Notes: generated from the letters alone by a model not told the origin. Positions 19,101 through 29,595 are shown, counted from the first letter of the stretch. The stretch: 64,000 nucleotides of DNA from Sedimentisphaerales bacterium (GCA_963663965.2 CAXXFK010000018.1:78935-142934); one strand, 5' to 3'. Numbers and translations: made by a program.

Positions 19101-21296
19101 GGAACGGCGATCTCCGCCCTGACCGATTCTCCGGCGTATCCGGATCATCCGGATATCCGGGAGCATGCGTTATCGTTTGACGCTCCGGTTAACTGGGAGG
19201 ATAATTATGGCACGCGGATGCGTGGCTATCTGATCCCCAAGACCAGCGGCCGGTATACGTTCTGGATTGCCGGTGATGACAATTGCGAACTGTGGCTCAG
19301 TGAAAACGCCGATCCCCGCTACGCGACCCAAATTGCCTATGTGCCGGGATGGAGCGACTGGCATCAATGGGTGAAATATAGCGAACAGGCATCCAATTCG
19401 ATCGATCTGAAGGCGGGCAAGCGATATTATATCATGGCCTTGCATAAAGAGGGAGGCGGCGGAGATAACCTATCGGTAGCCTGGCAGGGGCCGGACAGTC
19501 CGAGTCGCAGTGTGATTGGCGCGGAATTCCTACAGCCGTATTATGGCAATAAACGTCCACAGTTTGCATTCGCGTATGAAGAAAAAGCAAAGGTGGCAGA
19601 AGGAGAGACATTGCTAGATTATTTAAACAGCCAGGCAGAGGATCCGGACGGCGACTGGATTACGTATCGTAAACTTGGCGGGCCGGCCTGGCTGTCGGTG
19701 AGAGCGGACGGTACCCTGGGTGGCACACCTGACTGGCAGGATGGCGGCGATAACTATTTCCGCATTGGCGCTGTCGACAACCGGGGCAGCCAGGGTGAAA
19801 TGCGATTGAAGATTCCAGTGGCCAATAAGCATGGAGGGGAACGGGGCCGTCGCGATCTGGCGGATCTGGCAACAAACTGGCTGGCCGATGATCCGTCGGG
19901 AACTGGCGTGAGTGAGATTTCGGATCTGGATTTGGATCACACAGTGGATATGCAGGATATGGGGATTATGACCGGGCGCTGGCAAACGGGTATTGTCGAT
20001 GGTCTGGTTGCCTCTTACTCGATGGATAACCAGGGCGGGACCGTGGTGCATGACGGCTATGGCGATCATGACGGCCAGCTCTTGAACAGCGGTGAGTTTA
20101 ACTGGACAAGCGGTGTTCAGGGCGATGCCTTGCGGTTTGATGGTTATGATGATCTGGTCGATTGCGGCTCAAACAATGAGGTTACGAATCTGAGTGGCGA
20201 CTTCAGTGTTTCGTTGTGGATGAAAGTTGACGCCATCTCATTGACCAAGACCATGCATATACTGGGTCAGCGGAATAGCAACCAGCATATCTGGAGCTTG
20301 CAACTCTGGGGCGCCCAGGATGGGCATTTAACCGGATTCGTGAACAGCAGCGGTAACTGGGCGCTGACTGAGACGAATGTTACTCCTGAGCCTGGCCGCT
20401 GGTATCATGTGGTGATGAATTATGCCGATCGGGGAGATCGAAAAGTACGCATCTATGTTGATGGGACCGAAGCCGGGACTTTACAGCAGTCGACCGCCAG
20501 CGGTAGCAAGCAGGTCAGTACTTCGATCCCCCTGACGATGGGTGACCGAGTTGGCGGTGACCGGACGTTCGCCGGTTTGCTCGATAATGTGGCTGTTTAC
20601 AATAAAGTGTTATCCAGCAATGAAATTCACGAACTGGGCCGGCAGGACGCGTATGTTGCCCATTGGCCATTCGATACCGATGCCACTGACAGTCAGGGTG
20701 TCAATCATGGAACGTTTAAGAATGGAGCTGGAATTGTCGTTGAAACGGGAGAGGTTGTAATTGGCGCCGGCGCTTTAAAGCTGGATGGTGTAGATGATCA
20801 GGTATCCTGTGTTACGGGCGCCGATATTACCCAGCAGGGCGATTTCAGTGTCTCTTTATGGATCAAGCCGGATGATATTTCTTTAAGCAATACCATGCAC
20901 CTGATCGGCCAGCGAGACGCTTTCAATCATATCTGGAGTTTTCAGTTATGGGGCGCCCAGAGCGGGCATCTGACCGGTTTTGTCAATAGCAGCGGCGGCT
21001 GGGCGTTAACCGAATCAGATTTTACGCCCGAGGTTGGGCACTGGTATCATATCGTGATGACCTACAGCGATTCCGGGGACCGGAAGGTCTGGCTTTATGT
21101 GAATGGCGTGATGATGGGGACGATGCAGCAATCCGCGGCGGCGGGTGACCGGCTCGTGAGTCAGTCTATTCCTCTGACGATTGGAGACAAGACCGGTGGC
21201 CAACGGGCCTTTGCCGGGACCATCGATGATGTCAGAATTTATGGCAAAGTGTTGAGCGCTGAAGATGTTCAGGCACTGGCCAATGGCATTTATTGA
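16158..21296 (+). CDS. Giant secreted M6-family (immune inhibitor A-like) metalloprotease with LamG-type and PA14 domains
   Basis: 1712 aa with a signal peptide. Zinc motif HENGHMILGLPDLYD. A PA14-like segment (YTFWIAGDDNCELWLSENA...YYIMALHKEGGGGDNLSVAW). At least three LamG/concanavalin-like modules (LDDVRIYNYAL, LDNVAVYNKVL, IDDVRIYGKVL). A dockerin/EF-hand-like segment DLDLDHTVDMQDM. Confidence 0.85.
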   Translation: MTLTLRTILTVLCFVSAGMPLCAAPYFGEETTALQPDGTSVTVVLWGDEYYIRAETPDGYTVVRDPETGWICYAELNADGSDMLSTGLPYEGESLESGVTTGNGAVGSQAQIKIQVRRERMRGVGKKIDLKRDARLAKVQENRRLLMGERYDEETGMVLAAPGDESGVIILGEAPAIEPALTGTMTGLTLLVDFPDLRGTIPREAIDDYCNTPGYTGYSNNGSVRDYFYDISNGKLTYLNTVTEYYTARNSRSYYTDESIGYGTRAQELIKEALDYLESQNFNFSQITVKNGRFQALNVFYAGNADNNWAKGIWPHKGYYGNWVSQNYGIRTGDYQISNIGSNLRLGTFCHENGHMILGLPDLYDYGGESRGVGNYDLMAGGGSSTNPVPVNPYFRALNGWENVVDITESGGGVEYSHTSNSFTTYKYTNASYTNEYFMIESNIKTGRRSAMPDEGLLIWHVDTAGSNDNEQMTASSHYKVSVEQADGLFQLENNNNSGGSNDLFHAGNADQFSATTTPDSDWWSGEESGLLISNISAVGTPMTFIAVNVNNDFWVTPGGAGVRFTRLEDGPIVPGSQALTLHNNNSSRTVSFTAQTGSSWLGLSPTSGQISPQSTATITVVPQGNLSTLDPQALTGTITVTDLGTSIQYSRNVVLSIKNRLGVAYWTLDDTGTDEALDATGSGFNGILSGGLSYATNKAEGRFGDCLQFDGINDYIDVPNGFEDFSVGYTISFWANPSAAKTWARFIDFGNGAPSDNILVTRRSSSKDLQVDAYKGATRLGTLIVTDAIELDVWQHFVVAVDDAGQAVLYKNGQSIQTGNLGILENITRGNNYIGRSNWAADAYYEGYLDDVRIYNYALTGEEIGDLYANGGGSFNLSPAKAASGVYCDAQLEWIPGPLTQRHLVYFGQDETLVDTSDRYGGAYLAVSETNRFDPPMLATGQDYYWRIDDELINGQVVKGVTRRFHTTGSITYEVWKGISGTAISALTDSPAYPDHPDIREHALSFDAPVNWEDNYGTRMRGYLIPKTSGRYTFWIAGDDNCELWLSENADPRYATQIAYVPGWSDWHQWVKYSEQASNSIDLKAGKRYYIMALHKEGGGGDNLSVAWQGPDSPSRSVIGAEFLQPYYGNKRPQFAFAYEEKAKVAEGETLLDYLNSQAEDPDGDWITYRKLGGPAWLSVRADGTLGGTPDWQDGGDNYFRIGAVDNRGSQGEMRLKIPVANKHGGERGRRDLADLATNWLADDPSGTGVSEISDLDLDHTVDMQDMGIMTGRWQTGIVDGLVASYSMDNQGGTVVHDGYGDHDGQLLNSGEFNWTSGVQGDALRFDGYDDLVDCGSNNEVTNLSGDFSVSLWMKVDAISLTKTMHILGQRNSNQHIWSLQLWGAQDGHLTGFVNSSGNWALTETNVTPEPGRWYHVVMNYADRGDRKVRIYVDGTEAGTLQQSTASGSKQVSTSIPLTMGDRVGGDRTFAGLLDNVAVYNKVLSSNEIHELGRQDAYVAHWPFDTDATDSQGVNHGTFKNGAGIVVETGEVVIGAGALKLDGVDDQVSCVTGADITQQGDFSVSLWIKPDDISLSNTMHLIGQRDAFNHIWSFQLWGAQSGHLTGFVNSSGGWALTESDFTPEVGHWYHIVMTYSDSGDRKVWLYVNGVMMGTMQQSAAAGDRLVSQSIPLTIGDKTGGQRAFAGTIDDVRIYGKVLSAEDVQALANGIY

Positions 21297-21338
21297 TCCC
21301 AGTCAGGATCGATTAAAAACTGCCAGGCATAACTGTTA

Positions 21339-22364
21339 TCAGGTGAGAAATTCCGCCCAGTCCGCTTTGAATTCGCCCTGGGTGGCGAGTTCGATCAGGT
21401 ATTGGGCCAGGCGCCGACCGTTGAATTCGCGGTGGCAATGTTCCATGCCGGCCCGGGCGATCGTTTTGCGGGCGGATTCATCCTTAGAGAAGCGTTCGGC
21501 GAGTTCGAGGCATTGTTCGATGGTATGGAAATAGCAAAGATGTTCCTGATCGCGGAACAGGCATTCGGTGTTGGGGACATGGCGTGCGAGGGTAAAGGCG
21601 CCGCAGGCGAGCAGGTGGGTGAGGCGGTCGGAATGGTATTTGGAGATGGTATTGAAGGCGTTGATGGATAACGCCATTTTCGCGCCCCGGATGGCGTCGA
21701 AATATTCTTTTCCGACCAGGCCCGGACGCGACAAACAGCCCCAGACGGTCATATTGTGTTTCTCGACCAATTGGTGAATCAGTTCGGGGCGCATGGTATC
21801 CTGGCCGATGAGATGGTGAGATAACTTGCCGACAAAAAGCAGATTGCTTTGCCATTGCGAGTCGACCGGAGCGGGATGTTCGGTATCCGGGTCACAAGGG
21901 TTGGGCAGGAAGGCGATCCGCTTCAGGCCGGCCTGTTGATATTTTATGAGGTCTTCTCCAGCTCCGGATGGGATAAACCAGTCGCAAAGCCGGCCAATCG
22001 GCATGACTTGTTCATCGTGGCAATGCAGGGCGTCGCTGTAACGAAACAGGAAAACCGCATGAGGCGCTTCGGCGCGCAGCATTTCAACCGTCTGATGATC
22101 GAGCAACTTGTAAACCATTAAGATGATGATATCGGGCTGATAATGGCGGGTGAGTTGCGCCAGGGCCTGATCCGTGCGTTTACGGGCTAATTTCAAGGCC
22201 AGTTTACGGGATTGAAACGGGCTGAATTGCAGCAGCATATTGGGATAGCTGAATTCAAGGACATCATGGCCCAGGCGCTGGAAGCCTTTGCTGAATTTCC
22301 GCAGATTACTCCAGAGCGTTCCCGGATGGCCATGGCGAAAATCGCCGATCAACAGAATTTTCAT
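21339..22364 (-). CDS. CgeB-like glycosyltransferase family protein
   Basis: ORF 21339..22376; MKILLIGD at 22364. The C-terminal part resembles the Glyco_trans_1_2/CgeB family (ERFSKDESARKTIARAGMEHCHREF). Assigned by resemblance only. Confidence 0.55.
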   Translation of the reverse strand: MKILLIGDFRHGHPGTLWSNLRKFSKGFQRLGHDVLEFSYPNMLLQFSPFQSRKLALKLARKRTDQALAQLTRHYQPDIIILMVYKLLDHQTVEMLRAEAPHAVFLFRYSDALHCHDEQVMPIGRLCDWFIPSGAGEDLIKYQQAGLKRIAFLPNPCDPDTEHPAPVDSQWQSNLLFVGKLSHHLIGQDTMRPELIHQLVEKHNMTVWGCLSRPGLVGKEYFDAIRGAKMALSINAFNTISKYHSDRLTHLLACGAFTLARHVPNTECLFRDQEHLCYFHTIEQCLELAERFSKDESARKTIARAGMEHCHREFNGRRLAQYLIELATQGEFKADWAEFLT

Positions 22365-22381
22365 CGATGCAGTCATAAACG

Positions 22382-23425
22382 TTAGAGTCGAGCGAGGCTG
22401 TCGTCAAAAAAGCGGGTCAGTGTTTCGCGATAGGTTTTCCGGTTGTTCAGATAGGGTTCGAAGGGGGCCGGGTCTTGATTAAGAATACGTTGAGTATATC
22501 GAATCAATGCGGGATAGAGTCCGTTACGAAATCCTTCGATATTCCAGTTTTCACCCTGGTAGGTCTGGACAAAGGCTTCGCCGCGTAAATCAAATGAGAC
22601 CGGAATGAACGGTGTGCCCAGTGACAGTGAAATAATCGTGGAATGCAACCGGAAACCGACCACATAACGCGCCTGGTTATATAAGTCATAATAAGGCTGG
22701 GTTTCGAGCGAATGCACGACCGGGCAGGCGGGGGCCAGTCTGGCGGCCAGCGGCAGATCCCGTTCGTGGTGGCAACTCAGAACGACTTCAAAGCCCTGCT
22801 GCCGGCAATGCCGGATATATTTTTGTACAGACCGTGTCAGGAAAAATGCCGCCAACCGCTTCTTTTTGCCAAACTCAGCGGAGGGTACTGAAATAGCGAC
22901 AGGACCTTCATGGCGGAAACAAAACGGTTGATCGAAAACGAAGGTGGCGGGGCAGCCGGTTAATATCATATTCCGGATGCCAAACGCTTTGAGATATTCG
23001 ACCGTCGGCCGGTCACGAACCGATGAGCCGATGGCTATCTGATTCAGCGCGATCATTTCCGCGCGGCTTTGATCGGAGCAGGTACGAATGGTATTGAAAC
23101 TGGATCCGCAACCGATCCCAACCAGCAACACCGGTTTTTTAATCTGTTTGATACTATCCAGATCGGTCACGACGCCCCATTGACCATTTTTGCGGCACTG
23201 GTAAAGATTGGAGCCGCCAATGACGATGAGATCCGCCTGGCGGTTTGAACGTTCCAGATTGGGGCCCCGCAAGCCGTAATATTCGGCCGGGATATGGGGC
23301 CGGTTTACCGGAATCAATTCAATGGTCGCATCGGGGAAATGGCGGCGCAGCTGTTTGTGGATTCCGTTGATAACGAAATCGTCGCCGATATTCTTTCTGC
23401 GGGGACAATAATGGTGAATGATCAT
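22382..23425 (-). CDS. Polysaccharide pyruvyl transferase family protein
   Basis: 347 aa with N-terminal KNIGDDFV and IGGSNLY motifs typical of PS_pyruv_trans. It lies in a cluster with glycosyltransferases. Confidence 0.7.
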   Translation of the reverse strand: MIIHHYCPRRKNIGDDFVINGIHKQLRRHFPDATIELIPVNRPHIPAEYYGLRGPNLERSNRQADLIVIGGSNLYQCRKNGQWGVVTDLDSIKQIKKPVLLVGIGCGSSFNTIRTCSDQSRAEMIALNQIAIGSSVRDRPTVEYLKAFGIRNMILTGCPATFVFDQPFCFRHEGPVAISVPSAEFGKKKRLAAFFLTRSVQKYIRHCRQQGFEVVLSCHHERDLPLAARLAPACPVVHSLETQPYYDLYNQARYVVGFRLHSTIISLSLGTPFIPVSFDLRGEAFVQTYQGENWNIEGFRNGLYPALIRYTQRILNQDPAPFEPYLNNRKTYRETLTRFFDDSLARL

Positions 23426-23648
23426 GAAGGTATCGAGATTTAAATTTTTATAGCTAGCCGGTTCGGGTTAAAAGACGCAATCCTGAGGATTCCGGGTAAC
23501 ATTATGCATAAATAGCCCGGACTGTCAAGACTGATGGCTGTTGGCACACGGGCAGTATCCTAGTCAGGATCGCTTCGATTTAGTATTTTCAATTAGTTAG
23601 CGATGGTGTATAGTATTCTACGGGCCGAAACGGCCTTTATGGACAGTT

Positions 23649-24782
23649 ATGCGAATCTGTTTATTGACATCGACTTTTTTGCCCAAACTGGGCGGCGCGG
23701 AGTTATGCGTCGATTACCTGGCGCGTGAATTTCATTCGGCGGGTCATGACGTCGTGGTGGTGGCCCCGGTTTCGGATTCGCCGAATTCAGTCATTGACCG
23801 GCCTTATCCCATTTATCGCTATCAGAAACCGTTCAGTCAATATGGCTGGTATGGGGCGGCAAAGCGGTTGTTAATACGTTTACAGCGGGAAAAGCCGTTC
23901 GATCTTGTCAATGCTCATATGACCTATCCGGCCGGTTATCTTGGTCGATGGATGGCGGTCCGGTTTGGCATCCCGCTGGTGATAACTCCACATGGCGGCG
24001 GTTTGTTTTACCGATCACGTTTCCGCCGGCGCCGGTGGATCTGGTCGCGCATTATTAACGCTCTGGAACAGGCTGATGGTGTGATCGCGCTCAGCGGCTA
24101 TTTTGAGACCTTGCTCCGGGAAGCGGCTCCCGGCCAGCGGCAGATCGTGCGGATTGGTAATGGCGTTGACAATAGCGAATACGCAGCGATCGAATCGGCA
24201 TTTACCGGACCGCTGGCATTTCTGAATGGATGTCACTATGTGATGGGAATCGGGCGCCTGGTGGGACGCAAAGGGTTCGACACCGCGATAAAAGGATTTG
24301 CGCGGGTCGCCGCTGACTATCCTGAGTTGCATCTGGTATTGGCGGGTGATGGCCCAAAGCGGGACGAGTTAGAGGCGCTTGCCCGGCAAAGCGGCGGAGG
24401 TGAACGGATCCATTTTGTCGGCGCTCAGACCGGGCGGATTAAAGTGGCGTTACTGCAACGGGCCCAGTTGGTTATTATCCCGTCAGTGGAAGAAGATAAC
24501 ATGCCGCTGGTGGTGCTGGAAGCGATGGCCGCGGGCCGGCCGGTGCTGGCCAGCCGGTTGGGTGGGATTCCTGATGTTGTGGTAGATGGTGAAAACGGCA
24601 GGTTATTTGAACCGGGCAATGATCAGGAACTGGCCACAGGCTTAGGAGAGATGATGCAGCAGGGTAAGAAATTGGAGCGGATGGCTCATCTTGCCCGACA
24701 AACAGCCGATAACCTGGATTGGTCTGTCATATCGAAACAATATTTACAGATGTTCCAGCAAATTACCCAGCAGAACACCTGA
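23649..24782 (+). CDS. Glycosyltransferase family 4 (GT-B, Glycos_transf_1)
   Basis: MRICLLTSTFLPKLGGAE N-terminus. C-terminal EEDNMPLVVLEAMAAGRPVLASRLGGIPDVV (E-x7-E region). Confidence 0.9.
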   Translation: MRICLLTSTFLPKLGGAELCVDYLAREFHSAGHDVVVVAPVSDSPNSVIDRPYPIYRYQKPFSQYGWYGAAKRLLIRLQREKPFDLVNAHMTYPAGYLGRWMAVRFGIPLVITPHGGGLFYRSRFRRRRWIWSRIINALEQADGVIALSGYFETLLREAAPGQRQIVRIGNGVDNSEYAAIESAFTGPLAFLNGCHYVMGIGRLVGRKGFDTAIKGFARVAADYPELHLVLAGDGPKRDELEALARQSGGGERIHFVGAQTGRIKVALLQRAQLVIIPSVEEDNMPLVVLEAMAAGRPVLASRLGGIPDVVVDGENGRLFEPGNDQELATGLGEMMQQGKKLERMAHLARQTADNLDWSVISKQYLQMFQQITQQNT

Positions 24783-24800
24783 TTGTTACAATCAGGTTTG

Positions 24801-26024
24801 TCAGGACAATTCTGGACCCAGACCCTGAATTGTAAATGATGCCATTTGATACTGTTCCAGGACTGTCATGACATCATCCCGGCTGACTTTTTCGAGTAAG
24901 AGGAGTTCTTCTGCCAGGGGAATGTTTTCGTGTCGATAGGTCCAGTCGAAACCCAGGGGCACCAGGCGGCCCATGGGCAGTTCACCGTGAAGCGTAAGCG
25001 CTGATGCGATTTTATTTTTATTAGCGATCAGTTCATTGTCCCGGATCCCGTCCTGCATGAGTTTGGTATAGACGGATCGAACGGTATCCAGAACTTTTTC
25101 GGTGTTTTGCGGGTCGCAGGAGATATAGGTAAAAAACGCGCCGGTTCCATCCATGGCGTCGTAATCCATATCGGCGCTATCGGCCATTGCATTATCGACC
25201 AGGGCCCAATATAAGCGGGAATTGGCGGTATCGCCAATAATGTTGGATAGGATCAGGGCGGCGCGTCTTAAATCATCCTGGGAGGAAGGACCGGCATTGA
25301 TCAGGCATAAATGCTGGCGGACGATATTGGCACGCGATTCCATCCGGATCTGCCCGGTACCAGAAAAATGGCTGAGTGAACGCTGGGGGTTGGTGGGTTC
25401 CCAATGGCCGCAAAATCGATGGGCCTGTTCCACCAGACGATCCCAATCGATTTTGCCGCAGGCAGCCAGCACCATATTATCCGGCGCGTACCGGCGATGG
25501 AAATAATCCCGCATCTGATCGGCGGTGAGGGCTGTAATGCTTTCATCGGTACCGAGTACGGAATTGCCACAGCTATGGTTGCCGAAATGCAGTTGCCGGC
25601 AGCGGTCCATGACATCGAAATGCGGCATATCCTTGTACATGGCAATTTCTTCCAGGATCACGTTCTTTTCCATGTTGAAATCATCATCGCGCAAGGCGGG
25701 TCTCAATAGGTCGGCCCATAATTCGATGATTTGATTCTGATATTCCGGCAGAATGGCCGCGTAAAAAACGGTATTTTCTTCAGAGGTAAACGCGTTATAT
25801 TTGGCGCCCATCCGGTCGAACTCCAGATTCACTTCGAGCGCGGATCGTTTATGAGTCCCTTTAAACATCATATGTTCCAGAAAATGGCTGACTCCGGCCA
25901 CTTCGGGCCATTCATCGCGTGATCCGGTTCGGGTAAAAAAACCCAGCGCCATGGACCGGGCGGAAGGCATTTCTTCGGCTATTATGGTTAAACCATTATT
26001 TAGAATGGTTTTATGGAATTTCAT
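24801..26024 (-). CDS. M16 (pitrilysin/insulinase) family peptidase
   Basis: Inverted zinc motif HFLEHMMFKGT near the N-terminus; 407 aa, typical M16 length. Confidence 0.9.
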   Translation of the reverse strand: MKFHKTILNNGLTIIAEEMPSARSMALGFFTRTGSRDEWPEVAGVSHFLEHMMFKGTHKRSALEVNLEFDRMGAKYNAFTSEENTVFYAAILPEYQNQIIELWADLLRPALRDDDFNMEKNVILEEIAMYKDMPHFDVMDRCRQLHFGNHSCGNSVLGTDESITALTADQMRDYFHRRYAPDNMVLAACGKIDWDRLVEQAHRFCGHWEPTNPQRSLSHFSGTGQIRMESRANIVRQHLCLINAGPSSQDDLRRAALILSNIIGDTANSRLYWALVDNAMADSADMDYDAMDGTGAFFTYISCDPQNTEKVLDTVRSVYTKLMQDGIRDNELIANKNKIASALTLHGELPMGRLVPLGFDWTYRHENIPLAEELLLLEKVSRDDVMTVLEQYQMASFTIQGLGPELS

Positions 26025-26218
26025 ATTGGTTCCTTAGTTAGGGACATTTGATATAACAGGGTATTATTTCAGGCATTATAGTGATACGTACCTGATGCAT
26101 CAATGAAATGATTGGTACTTTTCAAAGAGGTTAAATGTCATAGCTGATTCAGTTGATAAAAAAACACCGGTCATTGATCAATTTACCGGTGTTCGTGATG
26201 TTAGTTGTATTTTGAGAA

Positions 26219-26992
26219 TTAAGGGACAACAATATCCGTTCTTGGTTCAAAACCTTTATGCCATGACAGGGTCCACAAATCAGCTAATTTGACTGCCTCC
26301 GCATGGCCATCCAGGAATGAAACGGTAATGGCTTTATTATGACGGTTCAGCCAGAACCGGCCCATATTGGTGTTCATACCACCCTGATAATATCCTGTTT
26401 CCAGGTAAGATTCGGTTTTAGTAAATGTTGGATTGTCAGTGTCCAACGGCCAGCCATCCACCCAAACGCAATCGGCAAACACGGGCACCTCTGCACCATG
26501 CTTGACACTTTCAGCGTTGTTACCGAAATCTCTGGTTTGATAAGATGCGGCATATGGATCATCCGGGCCATACAGCCAGCCGTTAATACCGTAACTACCA
26601 TGACTACGAACGCCGCCGCTTGGATTCCAATCCCATGGACGTTTTACCGTTCCAATGTAATCATTTTGGGGATTATTGGGCAAATCGATGTTTTCATAAG
26701 GTGCTTTGGTACAGAATCGGTTTGCAGATACCTTATCAATAGACTGGGCTATCGAATTCATCCATAAGTTTTTGGTGTTATAGCTGTCCTGATAGGGCAG
26801 AAGCTTGCCATCATAGTTGGCAAAATAAAGTTCCAGCGCCTGTCTTAATGTGCGGTTATTATTTAAGCAGACTTGAGTTTTTGCCTGTTCCCTGGCTTTA
26901 CCCAGCGCCGGCATTAAGATTGCCACCAGCAAGGCGATGATCGATATGACCACGAGTAACTCAATTAACGTAAAGGCTTTTTTGTTTTTCAT
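26219..26992 (-). CDS. Prepilin-type N-terminal cleavage/methylation domain protein with H-X9-DG motif
   Basis: [28 protein letters not shown]-terminus. C-terminal [17 protein letters not shown], i.e. H followed by 9 residues then DG (TIGR04294-type). Confidence 0.85.
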   Translation of the reverse strand: MKNKKAFTLIELLVVISIIALLVAILMPALGKAREQAKTQVCLNNNRTLRQALELYFANYDGKLLPYQDSYNTKNLWMNSIAQSIDKVSANRFCTKAPYENIDLPNNPQNDYIGTVKRPWDWNPSGGVRSHGSYGINGWLYGPDDPYAASYQTRDFGNNAESVKHGAEVPVFADCVWVDGWPLDTDNPTFTKTESYLETGYYQGGMNTNMGRFWLNRHNKAITVSFLDGHAEAVKLADLWTLSWHKGFEPRTDIVVP

Positions 26993-27280
26993 TGGATTTG
27001 TCCATAAAATAACATAAGAATTATTTATTTAACCGAATTCTTCAGATCAGTTGTTATATGAAATTTATTTTGGCCAGGATTACAAATTATGTGACATAAT
27101 AAATTGATCAACTCTCTCTATTTTTTTCGATGATTTCCTGGGATTTTAAAGTTTTTGGTTGCTTAATTGTATAATATTTCTATTTTGTTGCTTTTTGGGC
27201 TAATATTATCGCGTTCAGGCGTATGTTTTATTATTTAAAAAATATTGAAACTTACTCAGATTGAAATAGGTAATTTGATG

Positions 27281-28108
27281 CTATTTGAGCAGGCTGGCGA
27301 AATTGGGGTAGCTGGTCAGGATGTCGTTGGCAGGGCGTACCTTATAGCCTCGATGCCAGGGTAAAGTCCATAATTCCGCCAGATCGATCCGTTCGACATG
27401 GGCATCCACAAATCCAACATTGATTTTTTTGTTATGCCGGTCGATACAGATTCTGCGCATGCCATTATCGAAATTGATGTAGCCATCATCGTCAGTGATT
27501 GAAACCGGAGGGGCATTATTGGAAAGCGGCCAGCTATCAACCCAGATGCCGTCCATGAAAATGGGGGTGTTGGAGCGGACCTTGGAAAATTTCTTTCCAT
27601 AATAATAATTATCATAGGGGTCGCCTTTGGGGCCGTAATAACCTGGTTGTTCCACCCAGGCGTTGATGGTATAGGAGCCGGTTGAACTGCTCAAGGCGCC
27701 CAATCCGGAACTGAAATTGGCTTTCCAGGGGCGATTAAAAGAGCCGTAATAGGTAGTGGCTTCCTTGATCACTTTGGGGCAATGAAGGATTTCCATGACC
27801 CCTTCACGGTATCTTTCCGGGTCGCTTTTATAGCCTTTTACGCCCATGTATTCAGCCAGTTCGTCATACCAGTAGTATGAAACGGCGCCGCCTGGATTGT
27901 TGCCACCGACTACCAGAACCGCATCGTCGTTGGCGTCGGCATAATAGATCATGCCGAAGACCATTTGCCGGATTCGATTGGAACAAACCGAAGCCCGACT
28001 CTGGTCACGCGCTTTGCCCAGCGCCGGCATCAGTATGGCTACCAATAAGGCGATAATGGAAATAACGACCAATAATTCAATCAAAGTAAAGGCTTTTTTA
28101 TGGTTCAT
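27281..28108 (-). CDS. Prepilin-type N-terminal cleavage/methylation domain protein with H-X9-DG motif
   Basis: The N-terminus is identical to the previous paralog ([31 protein letters not shown]). C-terminal DRHNKKINVGFVDGHVE. Confidence 0.85.
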   Translation of the reverse strand: MNHKKAFTLIELLVVISIIALLVAILMPALGKARDQSRASVCSNRIRQMVFGMIYYADANDDAVLVVGGNNPGGAVSYYWYDELAEYMGVKGYKSDPERYREGVMEILHCPKVIKEATTYYGSFNRPWKANFSSGLGALSSSTGSYTINAWVEQPGYYGPKGDPYDNYYYGKKFSKVRSNTPIFMDGIWVDSWPLSNNAPPVSITDDDGYINFDNGMRRICIDRHNKKINVGFVDAHVERIDLAELWTLPWHRGYKVRPANDILTSYPNFASLLK

Positions 28109-28672
28109 GCTGAGAAGTCCTGATATTTAATTTAAAAGTTTCGTTATCAATATCCACACCCGGGCTGGAAACTGGTACAAATTCGAAATTTCACAATATA
28201 TTATTGAGATGTAAAAGCGAACAAAAAAGCAGTCAGGTATATTAATTCTCCCCATGCTACTACTGCGAAAATCAAAGACACTTGATCAGAGCGTTGGCGA
28301 ATGATACAAGAAAACGGATCATAAAATCTTATCGGTTATTTCCAGAAAACGTGAACTTGATCCTTTAATTATAGCCTACCGGAAAAATTTTTGGAATTGA
28401 TGAGGGTAAGCTAATAATGGATAATAGTAATTTGTCTCCTTTTACGCATGAGCATGATATTTCTTGGGGAATTTCTTCATGGTCTGCCAAAGAGATGTAA
28501 GGGAAGGCAAGGGGTTTGTATTTTGTAAGTCTATTTAAAATAGTTAATTACAGTTTATTTTGGGCACATTCTTCATTTTGGATAATGTTCTTGCCTTAAT
28601 TTAAGCTAATTTGGCATCAAATATCGGTCGATCTGAAGATTGTAAATTACAGCTTCAGGAGATGGATTTCAT

Positions 28673-29080
28673 ATGTCATATTTAGAATGGACTGACACGC
28701 TTTCTGTGGGTGTGACCAAAATCGATCAGGAACATCAGCAGTTAGTTAAAATTGTCAATACGCTTTATGAAGCGGTAATGGCCCGTAAAAGTCAGGAAAT
28801 ACTCAAGCCGATCCTTTTTGAAATGGCCAAATATGCAGCCAGCCATTTCTGTACTGAAGAAACCTATATGGATCATTACGGGTATCCGGCGATGGATGCT
28901 CATGTTCAGGAGCATCAGAATTTTGTAAATAAAATTGAGCAGTTTGTTCAGCAATTTGAAGCTGGTAAGCTATTTCTTACTACCGAAATAATGGATTTTC
29001 TAAAGAACTGGCTTATCAATCATATTCAGGGAACAGACAAAAAATACACAGCATTTTTTCATCAAAATGGTTTGCACTAG
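28673..29080 (+). CDS. Bacteriohemerythrin
   Basis: WTDTLSVGVTKIDQEHQQLV, with H...H...E and HIQGTDKKY metal-ligand motifs. Confidence 0.9.
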   Translation: MSYLEWTDTLSVGVTKIDQEHQQLVKIVNTLYEAVMARKSQEILKPILFEMAKYAASHFCTEETYMDHYGYPAMDAHVQEHQNFVNKIEQFVQQFEAGKLFLTTEIMDFLKNWLINHIQGTDKKYTAFFHQNGLH

Positions 29081-29119
29081 TATAAAAAATTCACCTAACC
29101 CTTGAGAAAGGAGCAAATT

Positions 29120-29533
29120 ATGGCATTTTTTCAATGGACACCTGAGTTATCTGTCGGCATTCAGGATATCGATCTACAGCATAAGAAACTGGTTGATCTG
29201 ATCAACCGGCTTTATGATGCGATTAAAAGCCGTCAAGCCGGCCAGATCCTCGAAACGATTCTGGCGGATCTGGTTGATTATACGGTCACCCACTTTACTT
29301 ATGAAGAAATGTTTCTGGATAAAAATGGTTATCCAGAATTGGCGGCCCACAAACCCAAGCACAACAATTTTGTCGCAAAGATAAAACAGTATATGGAAGA
29401 TCATAAATCCGGTAAACTGTTTCTCTCGACTGAAATTATGGATTTTCTGAAAGACTGGCTGACCTCTCATATCATGGGGACAGACAAGGAATATGCCAAG
29501 TACTTTAGTGAGAAGGGTTTGGTTGCAGTATAG
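29120..29533 (+). CDS. Bacteriohemerythrin
   Basis: AAGGAG precedes ATG 29120. MAFFQWTPELSVGIQDIDLQHKKLV...HIMGTDKEY. It is a paralog of the upstream gene. Confidence 0.9.
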   Translation: MAFFQWTPELSVGIQDIDLQHKKLVDLINRLYDAIKSRQAGQILETILADLVDYTVTHFTYEEMFLDKNGYPELAAHKPKHNNFVAKIKQYMEDHKSGKLFLSTEIMDFLKDWLTSHIMGTDKEYAKYFSEKGLVAV

Positions 29534-29567
29534 TATCGCGGCTTCGATCCATTCGGTTGTAAAATCA

Positions 29568-29595
29568 AAGGGAATCCATAGTGATTCCCTTTTTT
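29568..29595 (+). terminator. Rho-independent terminator
   Basis: Perfect 9-bp stem AAGGGAATC / GATTCCCTT, loop CATAGT, followed by a T-run. Confidence 0.75.
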
